A DNA stretch of 64,000 bases from Marsupella aquatica. Its lineage: Eukaryota; Plantae; Marchantiophyta. This document shows positions 12,528 to 26,009 of the stretch, in pieces. The notes below the pieces were generated by a model, which saw nothing but the letters and a program-made list of their open reading frames with translations, did no database searches and had not been told where the DNA came from. The stretch spans positions 10,809,087-10,873,086 of the forward strand of contig OZ316898.1 in assembly GCA_973895155.1 (NCBI GenBank), read 5' to 3'. A program made the position numbers and the translations under genes. Position 1 is the stretch's first letter, and every line of letters starts with the position of its first letter.

Positions 12528-13390
12528 GAGTCAGTCTATGAGTGTGAGATACACAGAATAGGTTGGGGCACAGGTTGGGGCACAGGTTGGACGGATGGTC
12601 GGGGGGGGAGGGTCAGTCCTTGGACCCATAGAACAGGTTTGGGGTCGGGTTCGGGAGAGGTCTGGTGCAAGGTGCGGGCCGGAGAGACACACAGAAGAGG
12701 TTTGGGGGAGGATCGGGGAGGCAGCTTCTTGTATTGAGACACACAACAAAACACATAACAGGTTCCGGAGAGGATAGTGGAGGCTCGGTCAGTCTATTGA
12801 GACACATATAAGTGGATTGGGGACAGGGTGGGCTCGGAGTTAGTAGGGGGTCTCAAAATTAAGGCCGGGTCATCCTGCTGTGGAATGACCCTCATGTCCA
12901 TAAGGGTGACCGCGGGCTCATTTCACAGGCCTGAAATTTTTTGGGTTTAAACTTTGTTGACGCACCGGGATACCAGTGCAGACCTGCCCTGGGGGGGGTG
13001 CACACCTTTACGGCCATGTCCGCCCGAACCTAACTCGGACTGCCACGGCCACGGCCTATATTTGAGTCCCCCTAGTCAATCGAGACACACCCAAAAGAGG
13101 TTTGGGGACAGGTCGGGGAATTTGAGGAGAGGTTTGGAGAGGGAGTCAGACCATCAAGCCACCTCACACAGAAGAGGTTCAGGGGAGGGTCAGGGAGGTG
13201 GTGTCTGCATATTGAGGACAGACATACACAGAAGACGTTGGGCGCAGGGTCGGAGGAGACGACAGAGTCAGTCAATTGAGACGCCCAGAAGAGGTCCGGG
13301 GACAGGTCTGGTTTGGTTCGGGAGAGGTCCGGATAGGGAGTCAGTCCATCGAGACACCCAGAAGAGGTGTGGGGGGGCAGGATCGGAGGG
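12528..13390. repeat. Degenerate G-rich minisatellite upstream of SPT16
   Basis: A motif like agtcagtcNattgagacacNcagaagaggtttgggg recurs about 9 times with irregular spacing (near 12530, 12683, 12733, 12790, 13075, 13165, 13225, 13268, 13340). Confidence 0.75.
12844..13074. mobile_element. MITE (~230 bp) with ~24-bp terminal inverted repeats
   Basis: Left end TAGGGGGTCTCAAAATTAAGGCCG; right end reverse complement TAGGGGGACTCAAATATAGGCCG. Removing it restores a minisatellite unit (ggagttagtcaatcgagac). A short TA/TAGT duplication lies at the junctions. Confidence 0.75.
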
Positions 13391-16300
13391 CGGGGAGGGT
13401 GTCCTTCTGGCTATCCGGCCTGGGACAAACTGGAGCCGTAGGATGGTGCAGAGGGAATAAATAGGTGCGTGAGACTGGTCCGATGTCGGGGACCAGAGGG
13501 TCAGGATGCATTATCGATCCAATATTCAACTTTACGGAAGGAACTTCAATTCTACGCTACTACTGTAGCACTTAGAGAGGGTTCCGTTATAAGAGCTCCC
13601 CGTATAGTGTACCGTGGGGGCTATGCGGTTTAAGAACAGACTTTCAAGGGCTTGTGCACGTTAGTTTCAAACTTATAAACATCACGGCGGGGAATTGATT
13701 TAACTGATTTGGGGGGAGATGGCGACTTTGGAGTGAAATTCTATTAGAGGATCTGAATAGGAGAGGGAATCGATTTTTTCTTAGACCTCCTGTAGCCAGA
13801 ATGCCCGAGCTCTCCTCCTAACTGCAGTAGATGGTGAGTACCCCCTACCCTGAAGGCAAAGGAAAGATATTTTGGAAATTTGTTTCTGAAGTTTATATGG
13901 GAGTACCACAAGAGTATTTTGAAAATTGAGTTGAAGGATGACTACTGGATGTAGCTCTTACCCGTAGAGTTTTCCCATAATAATCATCAATATGACCTAT
14001 ACAGGTGAATGGGATCTCTGTCCAAACCTTTGAACTTGGATGGGATCCCAAAATGATCTTCATCTTAACATCCAAGATACTTAGCCCATGTCCAAGATAT
14101 CCTTGTTAAAATGCACATTTAAATAGATCTCATGCAAGCTTAGAAATCATATCTGAGCAAAAGCTTTGGGATGTAATTACCGTTTGAGCTTATGGCTCCT
14201 CCTTGGACTCATTAACACCATTTGTTTTAATGAAATTAGACACTCCAAATGGGAGCAGAGGAAGAGCATCTCCAGTGATATCCTGCTCATTTAGGAACCT
14301 GCTTTAGTCTTTTTTGGTTTGTAATGGTCAGATTATTCTCACCTGACAAAGAAGATAAACAAGAAACACACACTTTTTGTGCCAAGGAGTACAGAGATAT
14401 GAATCTCTTGAATGACTTTCAAACCACAACCATGTGTCTAGCAGAGTGGCAACAGCACTTGCCAAGGACCAAGAGGTTGTGGGACCAAATCTCGCACAAG
14501 GTGGCCGAAGTGCAAGGCATTTACCATGAAATTTGCGGGCACGCTGATGAAAGAGTGAGGCTGAACTGGATGACATATGAAAACATTAGCTGCCAAAAAT
14601 AAATAATTAATTAAATAAAGGAGTCCCTAGTCATTCAAATCACTTGGGAACACAACGTGCTTATCCTTGAGAGCCCTTCAAAGACTGACTAAAAAACACT
14701 TCCCAAATAAGGTACCATTTAGCACAGGCCAAGTGAGTTGGGCCATATAGCAGGTGAGACATTAACCTTAGATGGGGAAGAGCCCATCCAATGCCCTGAA
14801 TTGTTCTGTCTTTAAACTGGCCATCAAAGGATACCGTTGACAACCCCAAGGATTGTCGGGTCAGAATTTGTAACCTACAAGACACATAATTATATGGAAC
14901 TCTAGGAGTGTACACTCTAACTACATCAACTAAGGGGATGTAGGAGGTGGTGAGATGAAAGTTTAAGGCTCCTTAAACCACCAGTTCCCTTATAAAATAA
15001 TCCAGTAACCCATGGGACTCATATCACATAAAGTACAACTGTGTTTAGGAAATTTCATCCCAAATTTTGTAGAACTTTTTATTATCTGTGTCATCTGATT
15101 AGTTCACCACCGAGATCTACATTTCACAAAAAGCATTTTTTGGGTGCAAAGTTCCTATGATGGGAAGTGAGTTGGAAAGCCTCCATTCTGCAGGTAGGCC
15201 CAATGTTCACCCAGGCACAGGCGAGGCATATATACCGTGACCAGTTAGGAGCAGGGCCCCATTTGTAGTGGCCAATCTGGTATAAAACCCTCCTCAGAAT
15301 TTGTGTTGTACTTTTGCAGTGTGCTTATCTAGCGTAATGCACTGGGCAAATGTGTGAACGCCCTGAGCAGGCTCTCAGCTACCAAACATCCTCAAATCAA
15401 GAAAAATCAGAGTCAGACTCCTGGCATACTAAAGCCCATTCACAAGGGCAATGTCCCTGGAAAAGCACCCCAGGCATGCCTGCCCTAGTGAGAACTTTAC
15501 TGAACATTTGGGGGCTACTACAAAACTAGTTCTGAGATAAAACTCGGAGCAAGACTCCGTATTCATTATCCTGAAGTGGGGATCGGGGGGCATACATCAA
15601 GGCAATAGAAGGAAGGGCTATTCATGTTCCTTAGCATGTACACCACCATAGATCGACAAAATCTCAAACTCCCTACCTCCCAAATCTGGTTTACTTTTCG
15701 TCATCATGTCCCAGGGTTTCCCCGTGCTATCTCTTTTCCTTGGCATTCTTTCTTCTCATCTCTCATCTCGCTTTCTGCCTCTTGTTCTCCTTTCATCACT
15801 TGAAAAAAAATTCTTTCATGACTTCTTTTTCGTGCCTCTGCCATTCTCTTCTATCTCGCATTCAAGTAATTTCATTCAAGGATCTCTTGGATAATGGACA
15901 CCAGGTCCAAAAATATTTCAGTCTCTCGTCATCTGGATGGGCTAGGATAGAGAGTATCTGAATTGCAACATACATAATGGTGTCAGACAACTAGACAATG
16001 GAGAAAAGGACAGCTTTTGCCTCGTACTAGAATTCGTGCATTAGGATCAGAGTCGAGTTTCCAACCAATGATGATGTATAGAAAGACATCCTGTCCGATT
16101 ACCTACAGTAATCAATTGTAATATTCGTGGACTTTCTTGACTCAAGTGTCTAGGGCCCAATGATCTGGTGATTACTACATTTGTCTGTGTTTTGTGACAT
16201 GAAAACGTGTTCAGCGCGAGGAGTCTCCTTCCTTGCATTGCTTTCTCGTCTCTCAATTGGAGCACTAATATTGAGCACTTGAACAACACTATGTAAATCA

Positions 16301-16401
16301 AGTAGGGAAACTTGCATACTCTGACATTCTAATCCAAAGATCTTCTCTGGGGGAATGTGACAGCAGATCACCAAGCTTTCAGATGAGTGTAATCTGTTCC
16401 T

Positions 16402-16472
16402 TAAGCCCTTCGATAATAAAAAAAGAGAACGGTTCCTAAGCCCTTCGATAATAAAAAAAGAGAACGGTTCCT
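16402..16472. repeat. 35-bp perfect tandem duplication
   Basis: taagcccttcgataataaaaaaagagaacggttcc at 16402 and 16437. Confidence 0.9.
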
Positions 16473-19024
16473 TCACTTTCTGTTCGTTTTTGTTAGTGGC
16501 TTGTCTGATTCATTCAGTTTGAGGAACTGCACGCCAGGAAGGACATCGCAAAAGTTTTTAAGTCGCTCCCTGCAAGCAGTTGCATGAACACATGTGAAGA
16601 GGGCAGCCATGTATTCTTGTGCAGTGATTGCAACTGCCCCTTACGGTGATAATGCCTGTTAAATTAATATCTAGGATTTCCACATCAACCCAAGCACAGT
16701 GAAAGGTACATACAAACGCTTCTCAGAGTTGCTCGAGTGCAAATCACATATCGTGGAATCAAACAAAAATACTCCATGCTGTTGCCAATGTGACAATAAA
16801 ACCCGTACTGGGATTGCTAAGTTCCCACAAGGAAATCAAAATTGATAGGTCTGGTTTCCTCCAATCCAGCTTGGCCGAAAGAATTCGATCGGACAAACCC
16901 TGTAACACATCCACTTAGTGGTCAGACACTCTTATGGCCACACCGTATGCCTCATGATCCATTACAACCCTCACAATCAACTGCGTATGTCTAATAGAAT
17001 TCCAGAAGGTCCATAGCCCCACAGCCAACGATTTCTAAAGCACAAAGAGGGATCTACTTCAATCACAGCAAACCAACGAAGTAGGATGACGTTAGAATGA
17101 TACAACACGACCTCTTGTATTCTAAACTTCATGCCTCATCTAGCGAATACAGAGGACTTCTAAGGACAAAGATAATCCAGGCCACAGACGCACTGATGCA
17201 ACAACTGGCAAAATCAACGACGCCATATTCGAGAGCCCGCAACCCAGTTACTTTTTCCGTGATTCTAGTTATGATAAGATCTTTGGAGATCTTACTATGA
17301 GTCATTTTGCTTTGTTTAATGTATGTATTGTGCCCGTTGCACGGCTTTCAACTCCAGTTCGGTATCTGAGCCGATGTCTAAACCAATAATGGAAACCGAT
17401 GTACTTGTGGAATCACAAAATGTTGACATCGAAATCCCACCAGCTGATCGAATCGTTAAGCAGATCTTTTGTGACGTTTGATTTTCATTGGGTTGTGGAA
17501 AGGTTGCGCAAGGACCCTTGGAAAATGAGGGCCGACAACAGTTATCTTGGCCTCATAGCGATGTGTTTGAAAGAGAGATACCCAGGACACACTAGTTACA
17601 TCCATACATGTCTCACTTTTGTGCATTGGTTCTCCCATCACCTTGCTACCTAAACTTGAAAACGCCATTCAACAGCAGCAATTTCTCCCTATAAAGGATA
17701 CCAAGTCATGGCCAGAATCCAAATGAAATCGAGGGGGGGGGGGGGGGGGGAAGGGGAATAAAGTACCTTTGGGAGACGATTTGGCCAGTGCACAACACAA
17801 TATGCCCTCCAGAGCCCAGGTAATGACCAACATATGTATTTTTGGCAGCTACTCTTATACAATCATCCTGATTGCCAATACACAGATTGATGTACAAAAG
17901 TGAGTAAATGGAGGTCTACAAAGCAAACATTCCATGAGACGGCCTTAAACCAATACACACGAACAGACATCATATTTGCAAAGTAGCCGACATAAGAACA
18001 CGCACACAGTGCATAAATAAAGAAATCGGAGCATACGCGCTTACGGGTTTACGGACTTAACATAAGGCAACACAATACAACCGTGTGCTGGCGCTAGGAC
18101 TTTCAGAACGTCGTATATATGCACACAGATCACCTTCCGATCAACATTCATTGTAAACAACTGGGCTGAATTGAAGTTCATCTATCTTTCGGTGGTCCAG
18201 ACGGAAAATGGTTCTCAATTTGGGCAAGCTCACTCTGGGAAGCTGATTCCCAGATCTGTTCAGTTAAGTATAAAGCCATTTCAAGCTCTAGAGCAGAAAA
18301 ATTACACAAAATCGTCAATTCTCCTGTGCATTGGATGAAGATTTTACGGACATTTCGAATGAATTCAGATGACAATTCGATACCGAGGAAATGGTTTGCT
18401 CCACATATCTTCCCCTCGAATAATTTGATTGCTCCCAATAGGACCAGTACTCCAGAGAGTAATATGGCTTTCCCTGATATCTACGAATGAGGCTGGTATG
18501 AGGAATCTGGGTCATGATTTGGGACCAGGTCATATGACAATATGATTGATAATTAGCTCTGAAATCCCTCAAGGGATGTTCTCTCATTCCTCGAATGTAC
18601 TGGGAAGGGAAAATTCTTCAATCGTCTGCTCATCCGGCAAGCCAGCTGTTGACAAACGACCTGAATCTCATGTGTATGGCCAAGAATTTGGGAGCCCTGC
18701 ATCCTGTCGTATCAGATACCTTTGAAGAGTTCGCAAGGGATAAGCTTGGCGAATTTTAGGTGATATGGCACAAGTCTTTAGGTGTGCCAGAAAAGTCTCC
18801 GGAACCGTTCGAGTATTCTCCAGCTCAATTGGGACTTTGTTGTCTAATACCCTAACTGTTGGGTGAATTTCCTTATCAAAATTACGACAGGGGTATTTGA
18901 AACAGCCAACACTTCCCATTCAACGCCCTAGAGAGAAACAATTTGCTAGTCTGCCCACTGTCAGATATACTAGAAAAAGAAAAAGAAAAACAAACAATCG
19001 GCCAAGCACAAACTCCACATCGTC

Positions 19025-20056
19025 TTACCGTGCGGTTTTGACAAGAGGAACGGTCTCTTGATTTTCGTCAGCTCCTCTATCATGTGCCATTTCAAGATCC
19101 GCTTGCTTCTCATTCTCTGGGTTTGACGCAGGCAGAGAAGGCTTAGGCATGGTGGTCGACTGCTGATACAGCACACCTCCCATGATGGTAAACAACAGAC
19201 AGATCAGACCAACACTAGAAGCATGCTTATCCCAAATTAAAACGTTGATCACCACGGTCAGCAGCTTGTTGACCACACCGGTGACAGTAAAAGCCGTTGC
19301 TGAGATGGCCCTCCTGGCGGCAAATCCAAAGAAGCTGATGGCCAGGCCAAATAGGCAAGAAAGGCCGACAGAAATCGCAGCCGAGGGGTGTGAAATATCG
19401 GTTGCAGAGGATTGGTAGAATGCCTTGTACTCTCCCGTGCCCAGAAAGAAGATCGGAGCAAGGAGGAGGGAAAGGAGATTGTTGTAGTAGACAAATCCCC
19501 AGGTGTTCAGACCCAAATTGGTCACCATATGCTTAATGTACACCATCTCTGTAGTGATCACAACGAGATAGGCAACTGCCCAGCTGTAGGCCTCCACAGA
19601 AAAGGTCGAATCCGACGCCACATACCCCACAGCACCGGCGAGGATGACCACAAGGGCCCCGAAAGTGTACCTCGACGGCCATGGCTGCTTCCGAAAGCAC
19701 GTGTCCGCCACGGCCACGATAATGGGAGTGGACGACCGGAACACTATGAACGTATCCACATTGGCGTGCTTCAACAGATTGGTGTTAGTGAAGATGGCCA
19801 AATAGAAGACCAAGGCTGCCGGCAGGAATTTCTTCACTGTGCTCCAGACGAGCGGATCATGATAAATCAGTCCGGCTTTGCCTGCACTCAGGACCCCTAC
19901 CACGCTGGTGGCGTACTGGAGGGCTGTTAGAAACCCTGGATAAGGGAAGTCCGTGATGGCATATTTGTTGATCACTGCTAGCAAACTGGAGCAGAGCGCA
20001 TAGCCAAGCACCACGAGCAATGTGGCGTTGTTCTTCATATACCCCTTGACTGCCAT
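19025..20056 (-). CDS. GFT1: Golgi nucleotide-sugar transporter, GDP-fucose transporter GFT1/GONST4-like, intronless CDS, 343 aa
   Basis: GYALCSSLLAVINK, KKFLPAALVFYLAIFTNTNLLKHANVDTFIVFRS, EMVYIKHMV and ISATAFTVTGVVNKLLTVVINVLIWDKHA match the GONST3/4 clade and are closest to GONST4 as I recall it. The first ATG is at 20056 (the ORF track starts at a GTG at 20062). Confidence 0.9.
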   Translation of the reverse strand: MAVKGYMKNNATLLVVLGYALCSSLLAVINKYAITDFPYPGFLTALQYATSVVGVLSAGKAGLIYHDPLVWSTVKKFLPAALVFYLAIFTNTNLLKHANVDTFIVFRSSTPIIVAVADTCFRKQPWPSRYTFGALVVILAGAVGYVASDSTFSVEAYSWAVAYLVVITTEMVYIKHMVTNLGLNTWGFVYYNNLLSLLLAPIFFLGTGEYKAFYQSSATDISHPSAAISVGLSCLFGLAISFFGFAARRAISATAFTVTGVVNKLLTVVINVLIWDKHASSVGLICLLFTIMGGVLYQQSTTMPKPSLPASNPENEKQADLEMAHDRGADENQETVPLVKTAR

Positions 20057-21541
20057 TGTCACTGATCGTTAGTCCAATCTTTGACCCGTTGATGTGCAGG
20101 CGTGGAGGAGGAGTGTCACGCCACAATCTACGGAAGCGGCTGTCAGCAGCACGGACGAATTGTAATTTGACTCCCCCCCCCCCGCAAAAAAAAACTGATC
20201 AGGTGCACGATTTAAGATCTAAATACTTGGTTGCATTCATGACTTCTCTCCTGCTGCTGCCGGCCACAATCCAGGATATATACTACTGCTCTGGCCCCTA
20301 TCTTATAATTAACTGACAGCTCACGTCCAGAGGAGATACCATCGACGCAAAATTCCCTCTCTCTCTGTCTCTATTTGGCTGACCAATTGCCGGCTTTGTC
20401 CTTTCGAAACTCTTCTCGTACTGTGTCACATCCGAGTAATCAATAAGGGATTAGTCGTGCGCATCAACACACGGCCCCGGCAATGTGAAATTGCTTTTTG
20501 TAACACTTGGGAGACTCCTCAAACCAAAACCTTCAAGAGACCGTCTCAGATCGACAATTCACAGGGGTTGCTACGGCTCCCGACTCGTTCGTTGCTCCAC
20601 TGCTCGACAAATTGTATCTCTCGTTCGCCGCAGTTGCCGGAAGAATACAGCCTCTCGCTTTGATTTTCCACCTTTCCGTTCTCACTCTTTCTCTCTCTCG
20701 CGCTTGCGCACAACACCGTCAGGCGACTAACCTGCTACCTACAGTGGTACCCGTCACGACTACGCCTCGCTCCGACTTCCTCAGGCCACGATCCCAACGC
20801 TGCTGCTACTATTGCCGCTTCTCTTGAGCTCCTCTCTGCTTCCTCCGCTGATGAGACGTGAGAGGGCTCTGATGATGAAAAAGCCTGCCAAAGTGCCAAA
20901 GAATGTGATCAATCCTCTCTCCGCACTTTGCGCTCAGGTCCCACTCACTCGCGTGTATCCCGCTTCAAGCTCCTCGGCGCTGCGGGTTCCTGCTAGTCTC
21001 GACTAATTACAAAAACGAACAAATGAAGGAACGAATCAAAATCTCTCATCAAGCATCAAGGCCGATGTGCCTTTCTCCATTTGACTGTCCAACAGTCCAA
21101 CTCCCCCCCTTCCTCGAGGCGCGGACCGACCTTCAACGCCATAATTGCCGGCACATTATATAATAATACTCTCTTCATGCCGGAGGAGGAGGAGGAGGGG
21201 GCGGCGGCCGGTCATCAAGAACTGGAAGCTCTCGAGTCTCGATTTAATTACTTCTTTCGTTCCTTCTTTATTTGGTTCTTTCTTTCGCTGCATGAACAGC
21301 GCATTCGTTGTGCGCTATTTGCACGCACGCTGCAAGATTGGCGTGGGGCACCATGACCAGAACCTTTCTTGTGCGTTACCGAATCGCAGGGACAGAGCTG
21401 ATAGTTCTTCGGCAGTTTTCTCGAGCGATAGAGCGATCGAGAGCTGCCAAGAAATGCTATTCGACATCACGAGTACAGAGTAGTACTTGCACTAGTAAAG
21501 ATTGATCTTCTTGCCATTAATTGGAGACCAGCCTTCTCTCC

Positions 21542-23060
21542 AAGTGCACACTCCATAACGGCAAAACCTGGCTAACTGCAAGGCTTCCCGTTCTTCAACT
21601 TTGTAACAGTTCTTTTTCCTTGGTCTTGAACGGAAATGGGGAAGCACACTTGTAGTATCTCCCCACCCCAATAGTGACAGACATTCATTTGGAATGAACC
21701 CATTTCAGGATGAGCTCCAAGGGATCCGGGAGGGACCTGCACCAGAAGGAAGGGACCAGCACCAGAAGGGAGAGAAGGGAGAGAGGATTAAGGCAGGCTG
21801 TAAAGTGTACAACCAAGGGCCGAGTACTCTTTTGCACTATTTTTGTACCTTTGTATTTATTAAGTCACTTGCGGACAAGTGCAAACTCCATAAGGGCACA
21901 GACTGGCTAACTGCAAGGTGACCCATTCTTCACTTTTTTGGGATCTTTTTATTACAGTTGTGTCGTGCTAAGGGCACACTCCATACGGGTAAAGCCTGGC
22001 TAACTGCAGGGTTTCTCTTTCTTTGATATTTCACACATTCTTGCGCCAATTTATTACAATCGTGTCTAGATAAGTGCAGACTCCATAAGGGAAAACCCTG
22101 TCTAACTGTCAGGCATCCCATTCTTCATTGTTTTTTTCACATGCAGTTTACGTATCACATTTCCATATTTTTGAAGCTAGAGTCCAACTTTCATGTTTTG
22201 TCTTATTCACAATTTTGTGTCATGTATTTTTGTATTTTTATTTGAATGTACCTTAACAAAGGGTATCCTTTGTATCATAGTGACTTTTAATTCATTTTTG
22301 GACCCCTTTAAAGTTTGGTATCCTACAGTATTATGAATTTACTTGGGCAGCCCCCTTAATTTTGAAAGGTTGTTATCTCCATTTTTGTGTCATATATTTT
22401 TGTATTTTTATTTCATGTACCTTAACAAAGGGTATCCTTTGTATCATAGTGACTTTTAATTCATTTTTGGACCCCTTTAAAGTTTGGTATCCTAGGGTAT
22501 CCTACAGGATTTTGAATTTACTTGGGCAGCCCCCTTAATTTTGAAAGGTTGTTATCTCCTAGAGAGAGAACAAGGGCTTCATTTTCTACCACTTTTAAGT
22601 ACTCTCATGAGTGAGAAGAATGATTCAAAGTAATGGCAACCATCATTCCCCTCATGGCTTTCTTTCCTAAGTTTATGGTTTTTATTGAAATGGGTGTCAT
22701 TAATAAAGCACATTGAAATAAGTGCACAACTCGAAGCACCTTTGTGTGGTCACTATGTGCTTTTATTTGCATGTACTTTACTTATATTATTTTATCCCAT
22801 TCATATTCTAGTTTCACTCTCTAATTTATCCACTTACACATCACTACTAGACAAAAAGTAAAGCATGTTCAGATGAGCATGCTATATCTTTACAGTTTTT
22901 TCACATGCAGTTTACAATTTCTTGCAGCTTTTGTAACTGCAAGCAGACCTGACAGTTTAGTTAAATGACAACTTTCCTTTATTAAAGTGTTCTCTCTAAG
23001 TGCACAGTCCATGAGGGAAAACCCTAGATAACTGCAAAACTCCCCATTCTTCACTTGTTT
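21542..23060. repeat. Interrupted ~100-bp repeat family (5 copies of a 42-bp core)
   Basis: aagtgcacactccataagggNaaaNcctggctaactgca near 21542, 21877, 21971, 22072 and 22998. Confidence 0.75.
22213..22559. repeat. ~170-bp near-identical tandem duplication
   Basis: ttttgtgtcat...gtaccttaacaaagggtatcc...ttgaaaggttgttatctcc occurs twice in tandem. Confidence 0.9.
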
Positions 23061-23587
23061 TGCATTTTTTTGCATTTTTCTATATATTACCTTCATGTTG
23101 TTAAGGTTAACTTTAGCCTTGGGTTAATCTCTTGTTACTTAGGCTAAACTGCCATTAGGGTGTTAATGACAATTAGCCATGACTCTTGCACCTAGCATAT
23201 AGAGGTGCCAGGGAGAGCTCTTCTTGGAGACTCATGCTCATTGTTGAGAGAACTACCTAGGTGCAAGGAGGAGAGCTTTGCAAGGAGTCTTTGTGTGGCC
23301 ATTCAGATGACTCAATCTGGAAACCTAAACCCTAAACAAATGCTCTGGAAAAGGTATTTTCCGACTGAAAATGTGTTCTGGTTCCAAAAACACTGGAAAA
23401 GTTACACTCAAAAAACTTGTTGGCTTGGCAATACTTTACTGTCAGATTGTGCGAGTGTGAAACTACGATAAAATAACTTTTTGCATTAGAAAACATCAAC
23501 CCATGTTACCGCTACACTGAGGAAATGTTCATGATTGGATAGATGACAGGTCCTTAACAATGAGCCTGAACTTTGAATTTTCATTAT

Positions 23588-24205
23588 TGTTGAGCATTGA
23601 CGACATTCACAACGGCATGCCACAATTCATCCAACAATCAAGTAGTTGACACAGACAAATACATGGTTCACGAGAACACACAAGAGCTTTATTGCACTCT
23701 AGGCCAACCATCTTGGGTATATTCCTTATCCTGAGACACCATGCACATGTACATACCATGCAAAGTAGTCAACACAGTGAGTATGTGGTTCACATCTCGA
23801 CTGAGGCTACGTCCACATGAAAGCAAGAGACCTTTACTTCTCTCTTGCACCACTCCAACAATGAACTAAAGATCCACCAGGGGCTAGCATCAGCCCTGGT
23901 TATATATAGTATGCATCACTACTAACTCAGCTAAGTCCTAACCTGAGTTATCCTAAATATGGTTAGCCCTAGAGTCACAAGACTAAGAGCAATACTCAAC
24001 AGACTGGCCATACTAAGCATTCATAGCACAAGCTCTCTCTATCTCTCAACTGACTCCGTAACAATGAGTCTAAGTTCCCACTATCCAAGCAACACTGCTT
24101 GCATATAGTGTGTGTGCAGCATGACTAACCTAACCTAGTCTACAACAAAGGTTAGCCCTAATTGCAGTACAATTGTAACTCTAGACCCAAGAATTAATCC
24201 TGACA
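23588..24205 (+). mobile_element. Solo LTR (618 bp, internally partly duplicated)
   Basis: Begins TGTTGAGCA and ends CCTGACA, with a perfect 5-bp target-site duplication ATTAT (23583-23587 and 24206-24210). Has a TATATATA box near 23900 and is homologous to 58264-58648. Confidence 0.8.
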
Positions 24206-24210
24206 ATTAT

Positions 24211-24430
24211 TGGATAGATGAACTAAGGTTCATTGTTAAGGAGTCAATTCAAAGATAGGGAGAAATTGTATTGGGGAGACTTGGTATGGTTGATGGGCCT
24301 AGTGTGCAATAAAGCTTTTGTGTGTTCTCATGAACATAGCCTCGGATGAGGTGAATCATGTTTCGATATGGGTCAACCACTTGTTTGGGCAATGGTTATG
24401 GGCTTGTTGTTGTGAAGTCTTTGCTCAACA
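24211..24430 (-). mobile_element. Truncated copy of the same LTR family in inverted orientation
   Basis: Reverse complement starts TGTTGAGCA and contains gagaacacacaaaagctttattgcacactaggcc, matching 23672-23705. Confidence 0.7.
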
Positions 24431-26009
24431 TAGGGTGATGGTCTAGAGTTTCAATGTAGACCAGAGCACTCTAGCTTCTCATCAAGCTTATATCTCAGCT
24501 TATATACGAATGACTTCCCATGGCCACTATCTATGGAAACTAGCTTGAGTGCCTGTTCTTCACAAACCCCCTCTTTTCAGAATCTCTAGCACCAAGTGAG
24601 GTCACATCAATATATTTGAACACAAAGAGGAACAATTAAATTTTTCAACAAAAAAAATAAAATTGTTTGTGTCTTAGGTGAGGTCACTACTGTGAATTTT
24701 TTCTCTACTTTTACAAAAGAAATGAAGCCAAGATGGACCACCATGTTGGATCACAAGAAAAAACAACTAGACCTAGTGCCTGTAAAAAATATCAAGAACT
24801 TGAAAAGTGAAATTTAAAATAACAAACAGCAGGGTAGAAAATAATGAATTAGATTTCTTGTCGATTATATTAATCTTTTACCTCAAATGTTGGATTTCTT
24901 AACTTATGTTGCAAATTCATGATCAACATTGTTAGGCTCGTTCAAAACCTCTTTCAAAAATGTTTCAAGCATTCTAAGCACACTGGAGGTTTCAAATATA
25001 GACATTGGTGCCATTGGCAATTGGTTAATGGTCATCTGAACCTGAGCTATCAAGTTAAATACTATAAAAATGTTGAAAGGAATGTGTGCATTTCTTATGT
25101 TGAACAAAAACCATCAAAGTAACACTTACTGCCACAATTCATGCAGACAAGGGCTGTCTTAGGTAGAGCAAAACGTGACGACAACAAATAAATTAATATA
25201 TGGGAGTATGTTATCAATAAGTTGTTTTCATGCACTGAAGCTTCATTTGATGAGTCATTTTGAGGGTCTTTTTTCTAGGTGACTTGTCCAGGGTGATTTC
25301 TCCAGGGTTAAGAACGTTTATCGGAGGACAATCTTATTCCATCTTTGTCTAAATTTGTGTTACCAATGCAAGTGAATCCAAGCAGACCGCTGTACAGATT
25401 TGGAGTTTAGCACATTCTGGAGGTCTATCACTTTACTTAGGCCCGTACTTAGGTGCCTATAGCACCAGTGAAATTTTCTCTAGAGTGTTTCATACTTTTT
25501 TTAAGAGCAATAAAGTTTTTGGGTATTTCGTACCGTTTTTTAAGAGCAGTAAAGTATTTGAATTGACTTGCACTGCTAGACCTGATGCACAAGTCAGAAC
25601 TTGTTTGAAACATTTTGGAGTTTAAATGGGAGGATAGATACAGCTCCTTCAATACCGGGGACCACTGGCATAGGGATTACGGTAGCGCATTCGTGGCCGT
25701 TCATCACACAAGCTTCTAGATGAACCAGGGTCCACTCTCAAAGCTTGCAAGTGAAATACGTTCAGAATGAGTGGGTGGTATGAGTAAAATGCGATAATTT
25801 GGGAGTTGAAAATAAAACCAGAAACATGTAGGAGAGCCTTAGATCTAAGAATGCGCATATTGTTAAAATCCCTTGCAAAGAACAAATGACATCATATAGC
25901 TATGGAGGTCTTTAAGTGGGCCTAGAAGGATTTGAGAAAAACACCAAACGGTTGTTGGGAATCTTGCTCTATAGAGGTCTTGAGATCCAGTAGGGTTCTC
26001 GTCGTCGAG

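Noticed and set aside
13890-14610. LINE reverse-transcriptase remnant (KYLG-like and W..IxCxK-like fragments)
   Set aside because: Motifs are very short, lie on opposite strands and cannot be joined; a profile search would be needed.
15600-18950. Additional protein-coding gene between SPT16 and GFT1
   Set aside because: Only short ORFs without recognisable motifs, and no consistent exon chain could be built; may include GFT1 3' UTR or a lncRNA.
8485-20056. Intronless SPT16 and GFT1 as retrogenes or horizontal transfers
   Set aside because: As far as I recall, both have intron-free or intron-poor coding regions in other land plants; no poly(A) tail or TSD is visible.
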